Source: Candidatus Saccharimonadota bacterium (GTDB lineage: Bacteria; Pseudomonadota; Alphaproteobacteria; Rickettsiales; Anaplasmataceae). Taken from it: DNA of 32,000 nt. The position numbers and the translations under genes were made by a program. Positions 1 to 10,640 of the stretch are shown one piece after another; position 1 is the stretch's first letter; the number at the start of each line of letters is the position of its first letter. The notes beneath the pieces were generated by a model. It did not search any database. It was not told where the DNA came from and saw nothing but the letters and a program-made list of their open reading frames with translations. The stretch is from the NCBI RefSeq assembly GCF_025021925.1, contig NZ_CP092368.1, positions 450,001 through 482,000 on the forward strand. Direction: 5' to 3'.

Positions 1-116
1 AAGTATCTAGATATTACTCTAATAAGATCAAGTACAATTGGCAGCTTCTTTTTATCTAAAAATATAATACTTACCAAAGCGATAACTAAAATTTCAGAGA
101 AACCAATATTAAACAT
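1..116 (-). CDS. tatB: Twin-arginine translocase TatB/TatA-family protein, N-terminal 38 codons only (gene runs off the left edge)
   Basis: Not in the ORF track. Manual minus-strand translation from the ATG at 116..114 gives MFNIGFSEILVIALVSIIFLDKKKLPIVLDLIRVISRY. This matches the MFDIGxSELLVI...(K)LP transmembrane/hinge N-terminus typical of TatB (TatA/B/E family). The start lies 5 nt downstream of the GDH stop. Confidence 0.55.
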   Translation of the reverse strand, partial: MFNIGFSEILVIALVSIIFLDKKKLPIVLDLIRVISRY

Positions 117-121
117 TCTGG

Positions 122-3100
122 CTATGATATAAGTGATTTAACTTTTCTAATTATAAATATTAATTTACTTAAATCAAGATTAGATACAATAATTTTATCT
201 AAGATACTGTTGTAGCGTATTACAATTTCCTGATTATTATCAAGCCATTTTTGTACTACATCATCTAATTGATCATGATCTTGTTTGATCACAATAATAG
301 TAAGTTTTTCATGATAATTACTTAAATCATCTAATAAATCATTAATTAAATTTTTATCCCAATCAGAAGCATTGCATTTTATTTTGATTGCCATAGTATT
401 AATTAGTTCGAATCTTAACATAGATTTTAATTCAAAATATATTTTACTAGCACCAACAATTGGTATATCTGTTTCCTTAGAAATTGCAATGATATCTAAT
501 GAATATGCAAGTAGAGACAAATCAAAAATTTTTTTTGTTAGTATGTGATTTATATTGAGATCCATTAGTGATGAGAGTCTATAATTGTAGATTTTTAATA
601 GATGTTCATCTAAAATATGAATCAAATTTTTTTCTAAAGTATTAATTAATTCCTTAAATTCATTTATATTATTAAATTCGATTAAATTATATCTTGTAAG
701 ATTTTTGACTATCCAAAATGTTACTCTTGCAATAAATTTCTGGACATATCGCACTACTTGTAAATATGCATTCACATCAATCTGTTCGTCTAAATCATCA
801 ATTAAATTCCATATAACATGTAGATCATATAAACGATTAATCATAATATATATATTAACTGCTTCATGTATCTGGATGCTAGTATTTTCGATTAAATTAT
901 TAATAAATACGCATCCCATTCTATTTACTATTTCATTTGCAATACAAGTACAGATAATTTCTCTACGAAGTTGATGTTTTAATAAAGAAGCTTTAAACTG
1001 TTGTACCATGTGATGAGGAAAATAATCTAGTAAATAATCATTAGCAATAATTTCCTGATCAGGTAAATCAGAATGTAAAATAGCATTCTTAATTGCTATT
1101 CTAGCATATGACATTAGTATAGCAATCTGAGGGGAAAAAAAGCCTGAGTGCGTATTGATTAAGAACTTGATTATTTCTTCATCACATGGTAAGCACTCTA
1201 TATGGCGATTTAAGAGTCCAGATTTCTCTAAACTGATGATAAGTTTATGATGTTGCTCTACTCTTTTTTTAGTTTGTAAACATTCAAGTAATAAAGCTTT
1301 AGTTTCAATAATATTATGCTCTTTAAGCACTTTAGATGCTACTTCATCTATCATGCTCACAAGTATTTTATTTCTTTGTTCTAGAGAGAGATTACCTAAT
1401 TTTATAGCTTCTACAAAGACAATTTTGATGTTAACTTCAAGATCTGAACATATTACTCCAGCTGAATTATCAACAAAATCTGCGTTAATGTATCCTCCTT
1501 TTTTAGCATATTCTATTCTTCCAAGTTGGGTGCATCCTAGATTACCACCTTCTATAAACATGTCCGATCTAATATCTTGTCCATTCACTCTAAACTCATC
1601 ATTTGCTTTATCACCTACAAGAAGATGACTCTCGCTCTTAGCCTTTACAAAAGTACCGATACCACCATTCCATATGACATCTACTTGTGCTTGTAAAAGA
1701 TATTTTATTAGTTCTTTTGGAGTTAAAAAATCTTGATGAATATCAAATCTATCTTTGATCTCACAAGAGATATTGATGACCTTACTATTACGTCTAAAGA
1801 TTCCTCCTCCAGCAGAAAGACAATCTTTGTTATAATCTTCCCAAGTTGAAAATGGCAACTCAAAAAGACGCTTACGTTCTATAAAACTATTATGTGCATC
1901 AGGCTCTGGATCAATAAAAATATGAGAATGATTAAATGCACCAATTAAGTGTATTTGTTCTGAAAGAAGCATTCCATTACCAAAAAGATCACCACTCATA
2001 TCTCCAATGCCAATCATAGTAATTTTCTGGTAAATATTTTTATTTTTAGCCCAAAAATGCCTCCTTGCTGCAATCCATGCGCCTCTAGCTGTAATAGCCA
2101 TTTTTTTATGATCATATCCTGATGATCCACCAGATGCAAATGCATCACCAAGCCAAAAATTGTACTCACATGCTATTTGATTTGCATAATCAGAAAATGA
2201 TGCTGTACCTTTATCTGCTGCGACCACTAAATATGGATCATCTTCATCGTATCTTATTACTTGTTCCGGAGGAATTATTTTACCATCAATAACATTATCA
2301 GTAATATCAAGCATACCTCTAATAAAATTTTTATAACATGCAATGCCTTGAGTTCTAAAATCATAATTCTCTTGATCAATTGTCTTCTTTACAATAAAAC
2401 CACCTTTTGCACCTACTGGTACAATAACAGTGTTTTTTGTCATTTGAGCTTTCATTAAACCTAAAATTTCAGTACGAAAATCCTCTGTTCTATCAGACCA
2501 TCTTAAACCACCACGTGATAATTTTCCTCCTCTTAAATGTATACCTTCAAATAAATGAGAATAAATGTACAATTCCCGATAAGGATATGGTTCAGGTAAA
2601 TTATTTATTTTACTTGAATCAAATTTTATAGATAAGTAAGACTTAGTATCTTGATAATAATTAGTTCTTAAAATCGCCATGATCAAGTTAAATATTGCTC
2701 GTAACACGTAATCATATGATATATTGCTAATCTTTTTGATTAGAGAATCAATTTTTTCCATAAAAATCTCAATAGTTTGTTCTCTATCAATATCTATTTT
2801 TGGATCAAATCTAACATGAAATAATTGTATTAAATATTTTACTATTTTGGGATGGCATGATACTACTTTTTGAATAAACTCTGAATTATAATGAAATGAA
2901 GTTTGTTTAAGATATGCGCTCAATGCTCTTATTAGGAGTACTTCTTTCCATTCTAGTCCAGCAATCATTACTAAACTATTAAAAAAATCATTATTTACTT
3001 CTTGTCTAAAGACTTTTGCAAGTGTAATTTCAAATTGCTCTTTAAGGGCAATATTATTGAATAGTTCATCTACTTTTGATAATACAAAATGATGTATCCA

Positions 3101-4804
3101 TATACCACTATCAATATCTATATAATAACCATTATGTGACAGAATCTCAGCACCTAAATTCTTGGTGATTTTTAGTATTTTAGATAATTCAAGTCCTCCA
3201 TTTACTGCAGTATAGACTTTTAATTGATAATTCAAATTATCATGTGTCAGCCTTAAATCTGCTTCATTCACTCTCTTCTTTCTGACTTGCTCTAACTTTT
3301 TCATATCATAATATGCTTCTTGAGGTGCAAAATTCTCTTGATAGCTTACTGAAAATGCATTGCAATATTGAATGAATATGTCTTCAACAGTACTAAAAGT
3401 GTGATATAGATTTTCTATAAATCTATCTTCCCATTTTTCTGTGATATTCTTTAATTTATTTTCTATATGTAAAATATTATTCTCTACAATAGTATGATTC
3501 TTGATCTTAAGAAATACATGTAATTTCATCAAATGAAACTCACTTATCATGTGATAATTATAAATTTCTGCACTCTCTGCATCTAATTCTGATTTTAAAA
3601 TATCACATATCTTATACATTAATTTAGAGCTAGTATCACGCATTGGAATTAATACGATACAACTTATCAAAGTATTAACATGTTTTAAAAATAAACGTAT
3701 TCTTGGTCTAATTGCAAGAGACATAATAGAAGTACAAATATGTAATAATGTATCTTCATTAGATTGCAGTAATTCATTACATGAAAATGATTGAAGAATC
3801 GAAATTAGAGCCTTATGATTATGACCTCCTAGTACAAATCCTGATTTTTTTTCTATGATTCTTATTTTATCCTTTATGATAGGAATAGATTTAATATCTT
3901 GTATCTCTGCCATAGATGTAAATAAGCCAAAAAACCGCTTTGATATTATGATTTTACCTGTACTATCTAATGTATTAACTCCTATACAACTCATATATGT
4001 ATGACGATGTACTATTGAAATTAACTCTGATTGTAAGAAATATATCAGATCAAGAGAGAGATCATTCATTATAAAATGCTGCAGTTCTTTACTTACTTTC
4101 ATGCATCCAAGATTTTCTGTACTTACAGGTAGAAATTGATTTTCATATACTTGTCTATATTCTTGATATCCTAGAAAAATAAAGTTATTATTTTTAAGCC
4201 AATGTAAGAAGTCTTGCTGATGTATTTTGATTGTATCAAGTTGATTCATCATTAAGTGCCAATCCTGTACAACACAGTTGACGGCTTTCATAGTGTACTG
4301 TAACGCTCTATATAATGTACTAACGAAACTTTCACTTATTCCTTTAATAATGACATATATCACCGATTCTTTTATACCATATGGTTCTATTAGAGGATGA
4401 ATTTTTTCAATAACACCTAACTTATTTCTTTGTATATTAATAATACTATTACTATAGTAACATACTGTTAAATGATGTGATTTTATGGTGGAAATGATGG
4501 AATCAACTAAAAATGGCATATCAGGATTTGCTATTTTAATAATAGTAAAATTGCCTTTTATGTCAGGTATATTATTAATATTGCTTATTTCTAATTTACT
4601 TTCTGTATTTTGATTAATATACATAAAGTGAAATGCATCTTCTACAAGATATAACAGAAATTTATCATTAACCTTTAAATCACTGTTATATATACAGTTA
4701 TAAAAGTATTTAATAAATTCTTTTAACTGTACTTTATCTGCATATTGCATGCAATTAATTAACTTAAATATAGAATCAATATCAATACTGTGATGTATAC
4801 ACAT
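122..4804 (-). CDS. NAD-specific glutamate dehydrogenase, large (~180 kDa, 1560 aa) bacterial GDH class
   Basis: Single 1560-aa ORF. The central catalytic region carries GDH-like motifs (VPVGAKGGF, VVAADKGTA, GGSSGYDHKKMAITARGAW, GIGDMSGDLFGNGML) typical of the giant NAD-GDH family. ATG start confirmed at 4804. Confidence 0.9.
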   Translation of the reverse strand: MCIHHSIDIDSIFKLINCMQYADKVQLKEFIKYFYNCIYNSDLKVNDKFLLYLVEDAFHFMYINQNTESKLEISNINNIPDIKGNFTIIKIANPDMPFLVDSIISTIKSHHLTVCYYSNSIINIQRNKLGVIEKIHPLIEPYGIKESVIYVIIKGISESFVSTLYRALQYTMKAVNCVVQDWHLMMNQLDTIKIHQQDFLHWLKNNNFIFLGYQEYRQVYENQFLPVSTENLGCMKVSKELQHFIMNDLSLDLIYFLQSELISIVHRHTYMSCIGVNTLDSTGKIIISKRFFGLFTSMAEIQDIKSIPIIKDKIRIIEKKSGFVLGGHNHKALISILQSFSCNELLQSNEDTLLHICTSIMSLAIRPRIRLFLKHVNTLISCIVLIPMRDTSSKLMYKICDILKSELDAESAEIYNYHMISEFHLMKLHVFLKIKNHTIVENNILHIENKLKNITEKWEDRFIENLYHTFSTVEDIFIQYCNAFSVSYQENFAPQEAYYDMKKLEQVRKKRVNEADLRLTHDNLNYQLKVYTAVNGGLELSKILKITKNLGAEILSHNGYYIDIDSGIWIHHFVLSKVDELFNNIALKEQFEITLAKVFRQEVNNDFFNSLVMIAGLEWKEVLLIRALSAYLKQTSFHYNSEFIQKVVSCHPKIVKYLIQLFHVRFDPKIDIDREQTIEIFMEKIDSLIKKISNISYDYVLRAIFNLIMAILRTNYYQDTKSYLSIKFDSSKINNLPEPYPYRELYIYSHLFEGIHLRGGKLSRGGLRWSDRTEDFRTEILGLMKAQMTKNTVIVPVGAKGGFIVKKTIDQENYDFRTQGIACYKNFIRGMLDITDNVIDGKIIPPEQVIRYDEDDPYLVVAADKGTASFSDYANQIACEYNFWLGDAFASGGSSGYDHKKMAITARGAWIAARRHFWAKNKNIYQKITMIGIGDMSGDLFGNGMLLSEQIHLIGAFNHSHIFIDPEPDAHNSFIERKRLFELPFSTWEDYNKDCLSAGGGIFRRNSKVINISCEIKDRFDIHQDFLTPKELIKYLLQAQVDVIWNGGIGTFVKAKSESHLLVGDKANDEFRVNGQDIRSDMFIEGGNLGCTQLGRIEYAKKGGYINADFVDNSAGVICSDLEVNIKIVFVEAIKLGNLSLEQRNKILVSMIDEVASKVLKEHNIIETKALLLECLQTKKRVEQHHKLIISLEKSGLLNRHIECLPCDEEIIKFLINTHSGFFSPQIAILMSYARIAIKNAILHSDLPDQEIIANDYLLDYFPHHMVQQFKASLLKHQLRREIICTCIANEIVNRMGCVFINNLIENTSIQIHEAVNIYIMINRLYDLHVIWNLIDDLDEQIDVNAYLQVVRYVQKFIARVTFWIVKNLTRYNLIEFNNINEFKELINTLEKNLIHILDEHLLKIYNYRLSSLMDLNINHILTKKIFDLSLLAYSLDIIAISKETDIPIVGASKIYFELKSMLRFELINTMAIKIKCNASDWDKNLINDLLDDLSNYHEKLTIIVIKQDHDQLDDVVQKWLDNNQEIVIRYNSILDKIIVSNLDLSKLIFIIRKVKSLIS

Positions 4805-4832
4805 TACTTATAATAAAAATAAATAGTGAGTT

Positions 4833-7397
4833 TTAAATCTTTTTTACCATAATTTTGTTATTACAAACATAAACTAATATATTATCATCTTCTACTATTT
4901 GTTCTGATAATACTAGTTTAGCAAGTTCATTTTGAATATTATCTTGTATTACTCTTTTTATTGGTCTTGCACCATATTCAGGATCATATCCTAGATGGGC
5001 GATTAGCTCTTTAGCATCTTGAGATAAACTGATATCTAATTTTAAATGTTTCAATCTACGTTGCAAATAAGAAAATTGAATATCTATAATCTGATGAATA
5101 TGAGAGATAGTTAAAGTGTGAAAAATAATAATTTCATCAAGTCTATTGAGAAATTCTGGACGAAATGTATGTTTAACAATGTGCATTACTTCATCATTTC
5201 TTTCAAGATGACTAGCTTTTGTAAGCATAATTTGAGCACCAAGATTAGAAGTTAATATCAATATAGTATTACGGAAATCTATCAATTTACCACAACTATC
5301 AGTCAATCTTCCTTCATCTAAAACTTGTAGCAATAAATTAAATATATCGGGATGAGCTTTTTCTATCTCATCAAATAGAATGACTTGATATGGTTTTCGT
5401 TTGATTGCTTCAGTTAATCTACCTCCTTGTTCGTATCCAACATATCCAGGAGGAGCACCAATCAGTTTTGATACAGAGTGTTTTTCCATATATTCTGACA
5501 TATCAAAACGTAAAAGAGCTAACTGACTATCAAATAAAAATTCAGCAAGAGCTTTTGCAAGTTCAGTTTTTCCTACTCCAGTTGGACCTAAAAATAAAAA
5601 TGAGCCAAATGGTCTATTACTATCTTGTACGCCAGAACGAGAACGTCTGACTGCATGACTGATTGATTCTATTGCCTCTTGTTGTCCTATTACTCTTTTT
5701 GATATTTCAGATTCCATATTGATTAATTTTTCTTTTTCACTATGCCTCATATTTTCTACTGGAATACCAGTCCATTTTGATACAATACTTGCAATATCAT
5801 CTTCAGTGACCTCTTTCTTTAAAAAGTGACTAGCAACTTTTTCCTGATTTCTTAATTCAGTTTCAAGATTAGGGATTATTCCATACAGTAATTCACCTGC
5901 TAATTCTAAATTACCATTACGCTGAGATGATTCTAATGTTTTTCTTGCATTATCTAAGTTTTGAGCAATTCTCTGTATATTAGATATTTTCTCCTTTTCA
6001 ATTGTCCATTTACTATTTAAATCAAGACATTTATCATCAATCATCATGATCTCTTCATTTATTTTATTGAGACGTTGTCGAGAATAATCATCACTTTCTT
6101 TTTTTAAAGCTTCTGACTCAATTTTTAATTGAATAATTTTTCTTTCACATTCATCAATTACTTCAGGCTTACTATCCATTTCAATTCTTACTTTACTTGC
6201 AGCTTCATCAATTAAATCAATTGCTTTATCAGGTAAGAATCTATCAGAGATATATCTATTAGATAATGATACTGCAGCAATAATTGCATTGTCAGTGATT
6301 CTTATCCCATGATGTACTTCATATTTTGCCTTTAAACCTCTAAGTATAGCAATACTATCATTTTCAGTAGGTTGAGAGATCAAAATAGGTTGAAAGCGCC
6401 TTGCAAGTGCTGGATCTTTTTCTATATGTTGGCGATATTCATCTAAGGTAGTTGCGCCAATGCATCTCAACTCTCCACGTGCAAGAGCTGGTTTGAGTAA
6501 GTTTGATGCATCCATAGCTCCACCTGTTGCTCCTGCACCAATTAAAGTATGTAATTCATCTATAAAGATAATAATTTTTTCTTCTGTATGAGTTAATTCA
6601 TAAATAACTGCTTTTAATCTTTCTTCAAATTCTCCTCTAAATTTAGTACCAGAGATGAGTGCTCCAAGATCTAAGCATAATACTTTTGCATTTATTAAAC
6701 CAATCGGTACATCATTGACAACTATTCTATTAGCAAGTCCTTCAACTATTGCAGTTTTTCCAACACCAGGTTCCCCTATCAGAACTGGATTGTTCTTTGT
6801 TCTTCTTAATGATACTTGAATAGTCCTTCTAATCTCTTCGTCGCGACCAATCACAGGATCTAACTTACCTTGTATTGCAAGTGCTGTAATATCTTTAGTA
6901 TATTTTTTAACTGCATTGAATATATTTTCACTATTTGATGAATCCGCATATCTGCCATTTCTGAGTTTTGTAATCACTAAATTTAATTTGTATTGTGTAA
7001 TACCACTTTTTGATAAAATCTTGCTTACAATATTATCTGTGTGCGCAATTAATCCTTGTAATAATCTTTCAATAGTAATAAAGGAGTCTTTATATTTTTT
7101 AGCAATTTCAATTGCATTTTCAAGTACTTTTGCCACTTCTCTTGAAAGTTGTATAGGAGTAGTACCTGATCCTTCTACTATAGGTAGCCTTTTAATGGCA
7201 CTATGTGTTTCCTCTAAAATTTCATTTATCTTTCCTCCACATTCATTGATTATGGTATGAATAATGCTTGATTCGTCTTCTAGCATTACCATTAGTAGAT
7301 GTTCTGGCATCAGAGTTTGATTTCCTTGTCCTAATGCTTTTATCTGAGCACTATTAATTGTATTTTTTGCCTTTTCAGTAAATTTATTTAAATCCAT
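4833..7397 (-). CDS. clpB: ATP-dependent chaperone/disaggregase ClpB
   Basis: 854 aa with two AAA+ modules. NBD1 has Walker [10 protein letters not shown] and Walker [12 protein letters not shown]2 has Walker [10 protein letters not shown] and Walker [13 protein letters not shown] coiled-coil middle domain lies between them, preceded by a Clp N-domain. Confidence 0.95.
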   Translation of the reverse strand: MDLNKFTEKAKNTINSAQIKALGQGNQTLMPEHLLMVMLEDESSIIHTIINECGGKINEILEETHSAIKRLPIVEGSGTTPIQLSREVAKVLENAIEIAKKYKDSFITIERLLQGLIAHTDNIVSKILSKSGITQYKLNLVITKLRNGRYADSSNSENIFNAVKKYTKDITALAIQGKLDPVIGRDEEIRRTIQVSLRRTKNNPVLIGEPGVGKTAIVEGLANRIVVNDVPIGLINAKVLCLDLGALISGTKFRGEFEERLKAVIYELTHTEEKIIIFIDELHTLIGAGATGGAMDASNLLKPALARGELRCIGATTLDEYRQHIEKDPALARRFQPILISQPTENDSIAILRGLKAKYEVHHGIRITDNAIIAAVSLSNRYISDRFLPDKAIDLIDEAASKVRIEMDSKPEVIDECERKIIQLKIESEALKKESDDYSRQRLNKINEEIMMIDDKCLDLNSKWTIEKEKISNIQRIAQNLDNARKTLESSQRNGNLELAGELLYGIIPNLETELRNQEKVASHFLKKEVTEDDIASIVSKWTGIPVENMRHSEKEKLINMESEISKRVIGQQEAIESISHAVRRSRSGVQDSNRPFGSFLFLGPTGVGKTELAKALAEFLFDSQLALLRFDMSEYMEKHSVSKLIGAPPGYVGYEQGGRLTEAIKRKPYQVILFDEIEKAHPDIFNLLLQVLDEGRLTDSCGKLIDFRNTILILTSNLGAQIMLTKASHLERNDEVMHIVKHTFRPEFLNRLDEIIIFHTLTISHIHQIIDIQFSYLQRRLKHLKLDISLSQDAKELIAHLGYDPEYGARPIKRVIQDNIQNELAKLVLSEQIVEDDNILVYVCNNKIMVKKI

Positions 7398-7757
7398 TAG
7401 ATTAAATCTTGAATCATATTCTAATAATATAGTTATATATCAAATGATTGAATAAATTAACACTTAAACTTACTAATTAACAGATAAAATATCTGATCTT
7501 TTACAAATTTATATCTTTAGTTGAATATAATCAAATTACTCGTATTTATAATCACATTGATCATCAAATGATATTATCTATCATAATGCATGTCGTCTAT
7601 AAAATACACTTATAGTGTATGTTATTAATATAGATTTAATTGCTACATCATAGTGAATATGAATCAGTCTAGACTTCATGCATATGAAATGTTTTATTCC
7701 ATGTAGATATATTATCATAATATGTCATGTATCGAAAAAATGAAAGAGAATCATTGA

Positions 7758-7786
7758 TCTTGAATCATTTTATTCTTTAATTCTAA
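7758..7786 (+). promoter_or_regulatory. Candidate promoter upstream of dxr (CTTGAA-N17-TCTAAT)
   Basis: A -35-like CTTGAA lies at 7758-7763 and a -10-like TCTAAT at 7781-7786, with a 17-nt spacer, about 145 nt upstream of the dxr ATG. AT-rich DNA produces many such hexamers, so support is weak. Confidence 0.2.
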
Positions 7787-7930
7787 TTCACTATAATATT
7801 TTTTATATGTATTATGAATTTTCTTAAATAAAATAATATTGTTGTTATGTTACATTAATATTATTTATTTTAAGAATAAAATTTTAAAAAAGTCATCCAT
7901 GAATTTTAACAGTGCAATTGTATTAATTAT

Positions 7931-9106
7931 ATGAAGAAAAAAATTTCGATATTAGGATCAACTGGAAATGTAGGAAAAAAGACTGTAGAATTGGTATTAC
8001 AAAGAAAAATGGCATATCAAGTCGAAGCATTAAGTGCATACTCGAATTTTACTCTATTAGCATCTCAAGCAAAATTACTAAATGCAAAATATGTTTCGCT
8101 CTATGATTCCACACATTTTCAAAATTTAAAAGATAGTTTATTAGATACAGATATAAAAATAGTAATGGGAGCTCAAGGTCTACAAGAGATTGCTGGAATA
8201 CCTGTTGATCTCTCAGTAATTGCAATATTAGGAATTGCTGGTCTTGCGCCAGTACTTCAAGTAATCAATAGCGGTACTAAAATAATTGCAATTGCAAATA
8301 AAGAAAGTATAATCTGTGGAGGCAAATTATTATTGCAGCAAGCGAGAAATCAAAATGTTCAGATTATTCCTATAGATTCTGAGCATAATGCAATTTTTCA
8401 AATTTTACAATATGATAATCAATGCATAGAAAAGATTATACTTACTGCTTCTGGTGGACCATTTTTAAATTATAGACTAGAGAAACTACAAACAGTAACA
8501 GTAGATTCTACTTTAAAACATCCCACTTGGAATATGGGAAAAAAAATTTCAGTTGATAGTGCAACAATGATGAATAAAGCATTAGAAATGATAGAGGCTC
8601 ATCATTTATTCAATATAATAGCAAATAAAATTGAAGTTGTGATTCATCCTGAATCTATTGTACATGGCATGGTTGTGTATAATGATGGTTTTTACTTTGC
8701 TGTACTTGCAGAACCTGATATGGCTATTCATATTCTATATGCTCTATCTTGGCCACAAAGAAGAACAAATATAAATTATAGATTGGATTTCACTAAGCAT
8801 AAGAAATTGACTTTTCAAAAACCTAATTATGATCGTTTTCATGCACTTAAGCTTAGTTTTGAAATTCTCAACTCTACTAATATACACTGTAATAGTATTA
8901 TTCTAAATGCTGCAAATGAAATAGCTGTACATGCATTTCTAAATGCTAGCATTAGATTTTTAGATATAGTGAAGATAGTAGAATCAACAATAGAACATTT
9001 TCATGGCAATACTAATATCAAGACATTATCTGATATTATGCAAATTGATTGTACAAGTCGTATTATTGCTCTGAATATTATTCAAAAACAATATTATTGT
9101 GCATAA
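7931..9106 (+). CDS. dxr: 1-deoxy-D-xylulose-5-phosphate reductoisomerase (MEP pathway)
   Basis: 391 aa. It has the N-terminal NADPH motif ILGSTGNVG, plus IPIDSEHNAIFQ, TASGGPF and HPTWNMGKKISVDSATMMNKALEMIEAHHLF, the canonical Dxr signature block. Confidence 0.95.
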   Translation: MKKKISILGSTGNVGKKTVELVLQRKMAYQVEALSAYSNFTLLASQAKLLNAKYVSLYDSTHFQNLKDSLLDTDIKIVMGAQGLQEIAGIPVDLSVIAILGIAGLAPVLQVINSGTKIIAIANKESIICGGKLLLQQARNQNVQIIPIDSEHNAIFQILQYDNQCIEKIILTASGGPFLNYRLEKLQTVTVDSTLKHPTWNMGKKISVDSATMMNKALEMIEAHHLFNIIANKIEVVIHPESIVHGMVVYNDGFYFAVLAEPDMAIHILYALSWPQRRTNINYRLDFTKHKKLTFQKPNYDRFHALKLSFEILNSTNIHCNSIILNAANEIAVHAFLNASIRFLDIVKIVESTIEHFHGNTNIKTLSDIMQIDCTSRIIALNIIQKQYYCA

Positions 9107-9160
9107 ATGATAAAGAGATTGAAAAAGCATTCAATAGAGCATTTCGTAGTAAATATCTTT

Positions 9161-9808
9161 TTATATATTAATTATAAGATACTTGTATCTGACATACATC
9201 GCAATAAGAGGAGCTGTAAATATCAAACTATCAACACGATCTAAAATACCTCCATGACCAGGAATTAGTTTGCCACTATCTTTTACGCCATAATATCTTT
9301 TAATCAAAGATTCGGTGAAATCTCCTAGTTGTGCTATAATAGCAAAAATTATACCAATAATAGGAGATAATGTTAATGAACAGAGATCAAAAAAAATTGA
9401 TCCACACATTGCACATCCTATTCCAGCTAATATTGCACCTAGGCAACCGGAACAAGTTTTACCAGGACTAATAGTAGGAAAAATTCTTATTCCTCCGAAA
9501 CATTTACCAATAAAATAAGCACTAATATCAATACTCCATATAGTGAAAATAAACCATAATAATATCTGCTTGCCATTTTGAGAGTGATATAGCGAGATTA
9601 ATGATGCATTTGGTACTGCTATACAGAATAGTGCAATCACTTGCAATATACTGCTACCTTTAGTAATTTGATACCATTCAAAAGAAGATAACACTGCTAT
9701 TGAACAAATAAAGATATAAAATGATTCATCGCTCCAATATGTTGCAAGAATCAACAAGAAGAACATTACTATTGAAGAGAATATTCTGACTATTAAATTA
9801 GAATGCAT
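9161..9808 (-). CDS. cdsA: Phosphatidate cytidylyltransferase (CDP-diglyceride synthase)
   Basis: 215 aa, polytopic hydrophobic protein. The C-terminal signature SLIKRYYGVKDSGKLIPGHGGILDRVDS matches the CdsA pattern S-x-x-K-R-x4-K-D-x5-P-G-H-G-G-x-x-D-R-x-D. Confidence 0.9.
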   Translation of the reverse strand: MHSNLIVRIFSSIVMFFLLILATYWSDESFYIFICSIAVLSSFEWYQITKGSSILQVIALFCIAVPNASLISLYHSQNGKQILLWFIFTIWSIDISAYFIGKCFGGIRIFPTISPGKTCSGCLGAILAGIGCAMCGSIFFDLCSLTLSPIIGIIFAIIAQLGDFTESLIKRYYGVKDSGKLIPGHGGILDRVDSLIFTAPLIAMYVRYKYLIINI

Positions 9809-9865
9809 TATATTCTTTCTCGCTTATGATTTAATTTTTAATTACTATACTCAAAATTTTGACAA

Positions 9866-9896
9866 GAAAAAATTGGACTCTTGTTCTCAAGAGACC
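9866..9896 (-). terminator. Intrinsic-terminator-like hairpin downstream of frr
   Basis: The minus strand reads GGTCTCTTG-AGAA-CAAGAGTCC (8 bp plus one T.T mismatch, 5 G:C pairs, tetraloop) followed by AATTTTTTC. It lies about 180 nt after the frr stop and about 57 nt before the cdsA ATG. Confidence 0.5.
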
Positions 9897-9991
9897 TATC
9901 ATATTGATATATTGTATAATAAAACAGTTTATTAATGTAAATGCTTTACACACATTAATAAATCTAATTATTAAGTTAGTGAATATCTTCA

Positions 9992-10018
9992 TATGCACTC
10001 TTATTATCTGAGTGCTAT
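9992..10018. promoter_or_regulatory. CIRCE-like inverted repeat (possible HrcA operator or RNA hairpin)
   Basis: TATGCACTC-TTATTATCT-GAGTGCTAT compared with the CIRCE consensus TTAGCACTC-N9-GAGTGCTAA. The core GCACTC-N9-GAGTGC is exact with the exact 9-nt spacer, and 15/18 positions match overall. It is G+C-rich relative to its surroundings. Confidence 0.35.
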
Positions 10019-10073
10019 TACTTATATATTATCATTATTACTCTGTAATTGTTTTACTATATCTCATTATAAT

Positions 10074-10631
10074 TTAGTTATTTAATATCTCCTGTTCTTT
10101 AATAGATAGTGTATTATTAATCTGCTGAATATGATGATCAGTAATACCTTGTATCTCTTTTTTAGTACAATGCAATTCATCTTCTGAGATCTTTTTATTA
10201 TGTTCTATTTTTTCTATTTCTTCCATAATATCTCTACGTATATTTCTAATAGAAATACGAGCATTTTCGGCATACTTATATATTAATTTTACTAATTTAT
10301 GACGATGCTCTTGTGTTAATTCTGGAAGAGAGATACGTATCATATTACCTTCTACAACAGGATTAACATTTAAATGAGCGTTGAGGATAGCAGTTTTTAC
10401 TTCACTTACTGCATTGATATCCCATATGTTAATTAAAAGAGTTTTATGATCTATAGCTGATACAGATGCAATCTGATTTAATTTTTGAGAACCTCCATAA
10501 AGGTTGACAGATATACCATTAAATAGTGAAGAAGAAGCTCGACCAGTACGTACTCCTCTGAGATCATCACAAAAATACTGAACAGTTTTTAGCATTTTAG
10601 CTTCTATTTGATTCTTTACATGATTTAACAT
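10074..10631 (-). CDS. frr: Ribosome recycling factor
   Basis: 185 aa, the typical RRF length. The sequence pattern (GVRTGRAS..L, RISLPELTQEHR, IRNIRRD) fits RRF, and the gene sits in conserved synteny after pyrH. Confidence 0.95.
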   Translation of the reverse strand: MLNHVKNQIEAKMLKTVQYFCDDLRGVRTGRASSSLFNGISVNLYGGSQKLNQIASVSAIDHKTLLINIWDINAVSEVKTAILNAHLNVNPVVEGNMIRISLPELTQEHRHKLVKLIYKYAENARISIRNIRRDIMEEIEKIEHNKKISEDELHCTKKEIQGITDHHIQQINNTLSIKEQEILNN

Positions 10632-10640
10632 ATATTTTAT

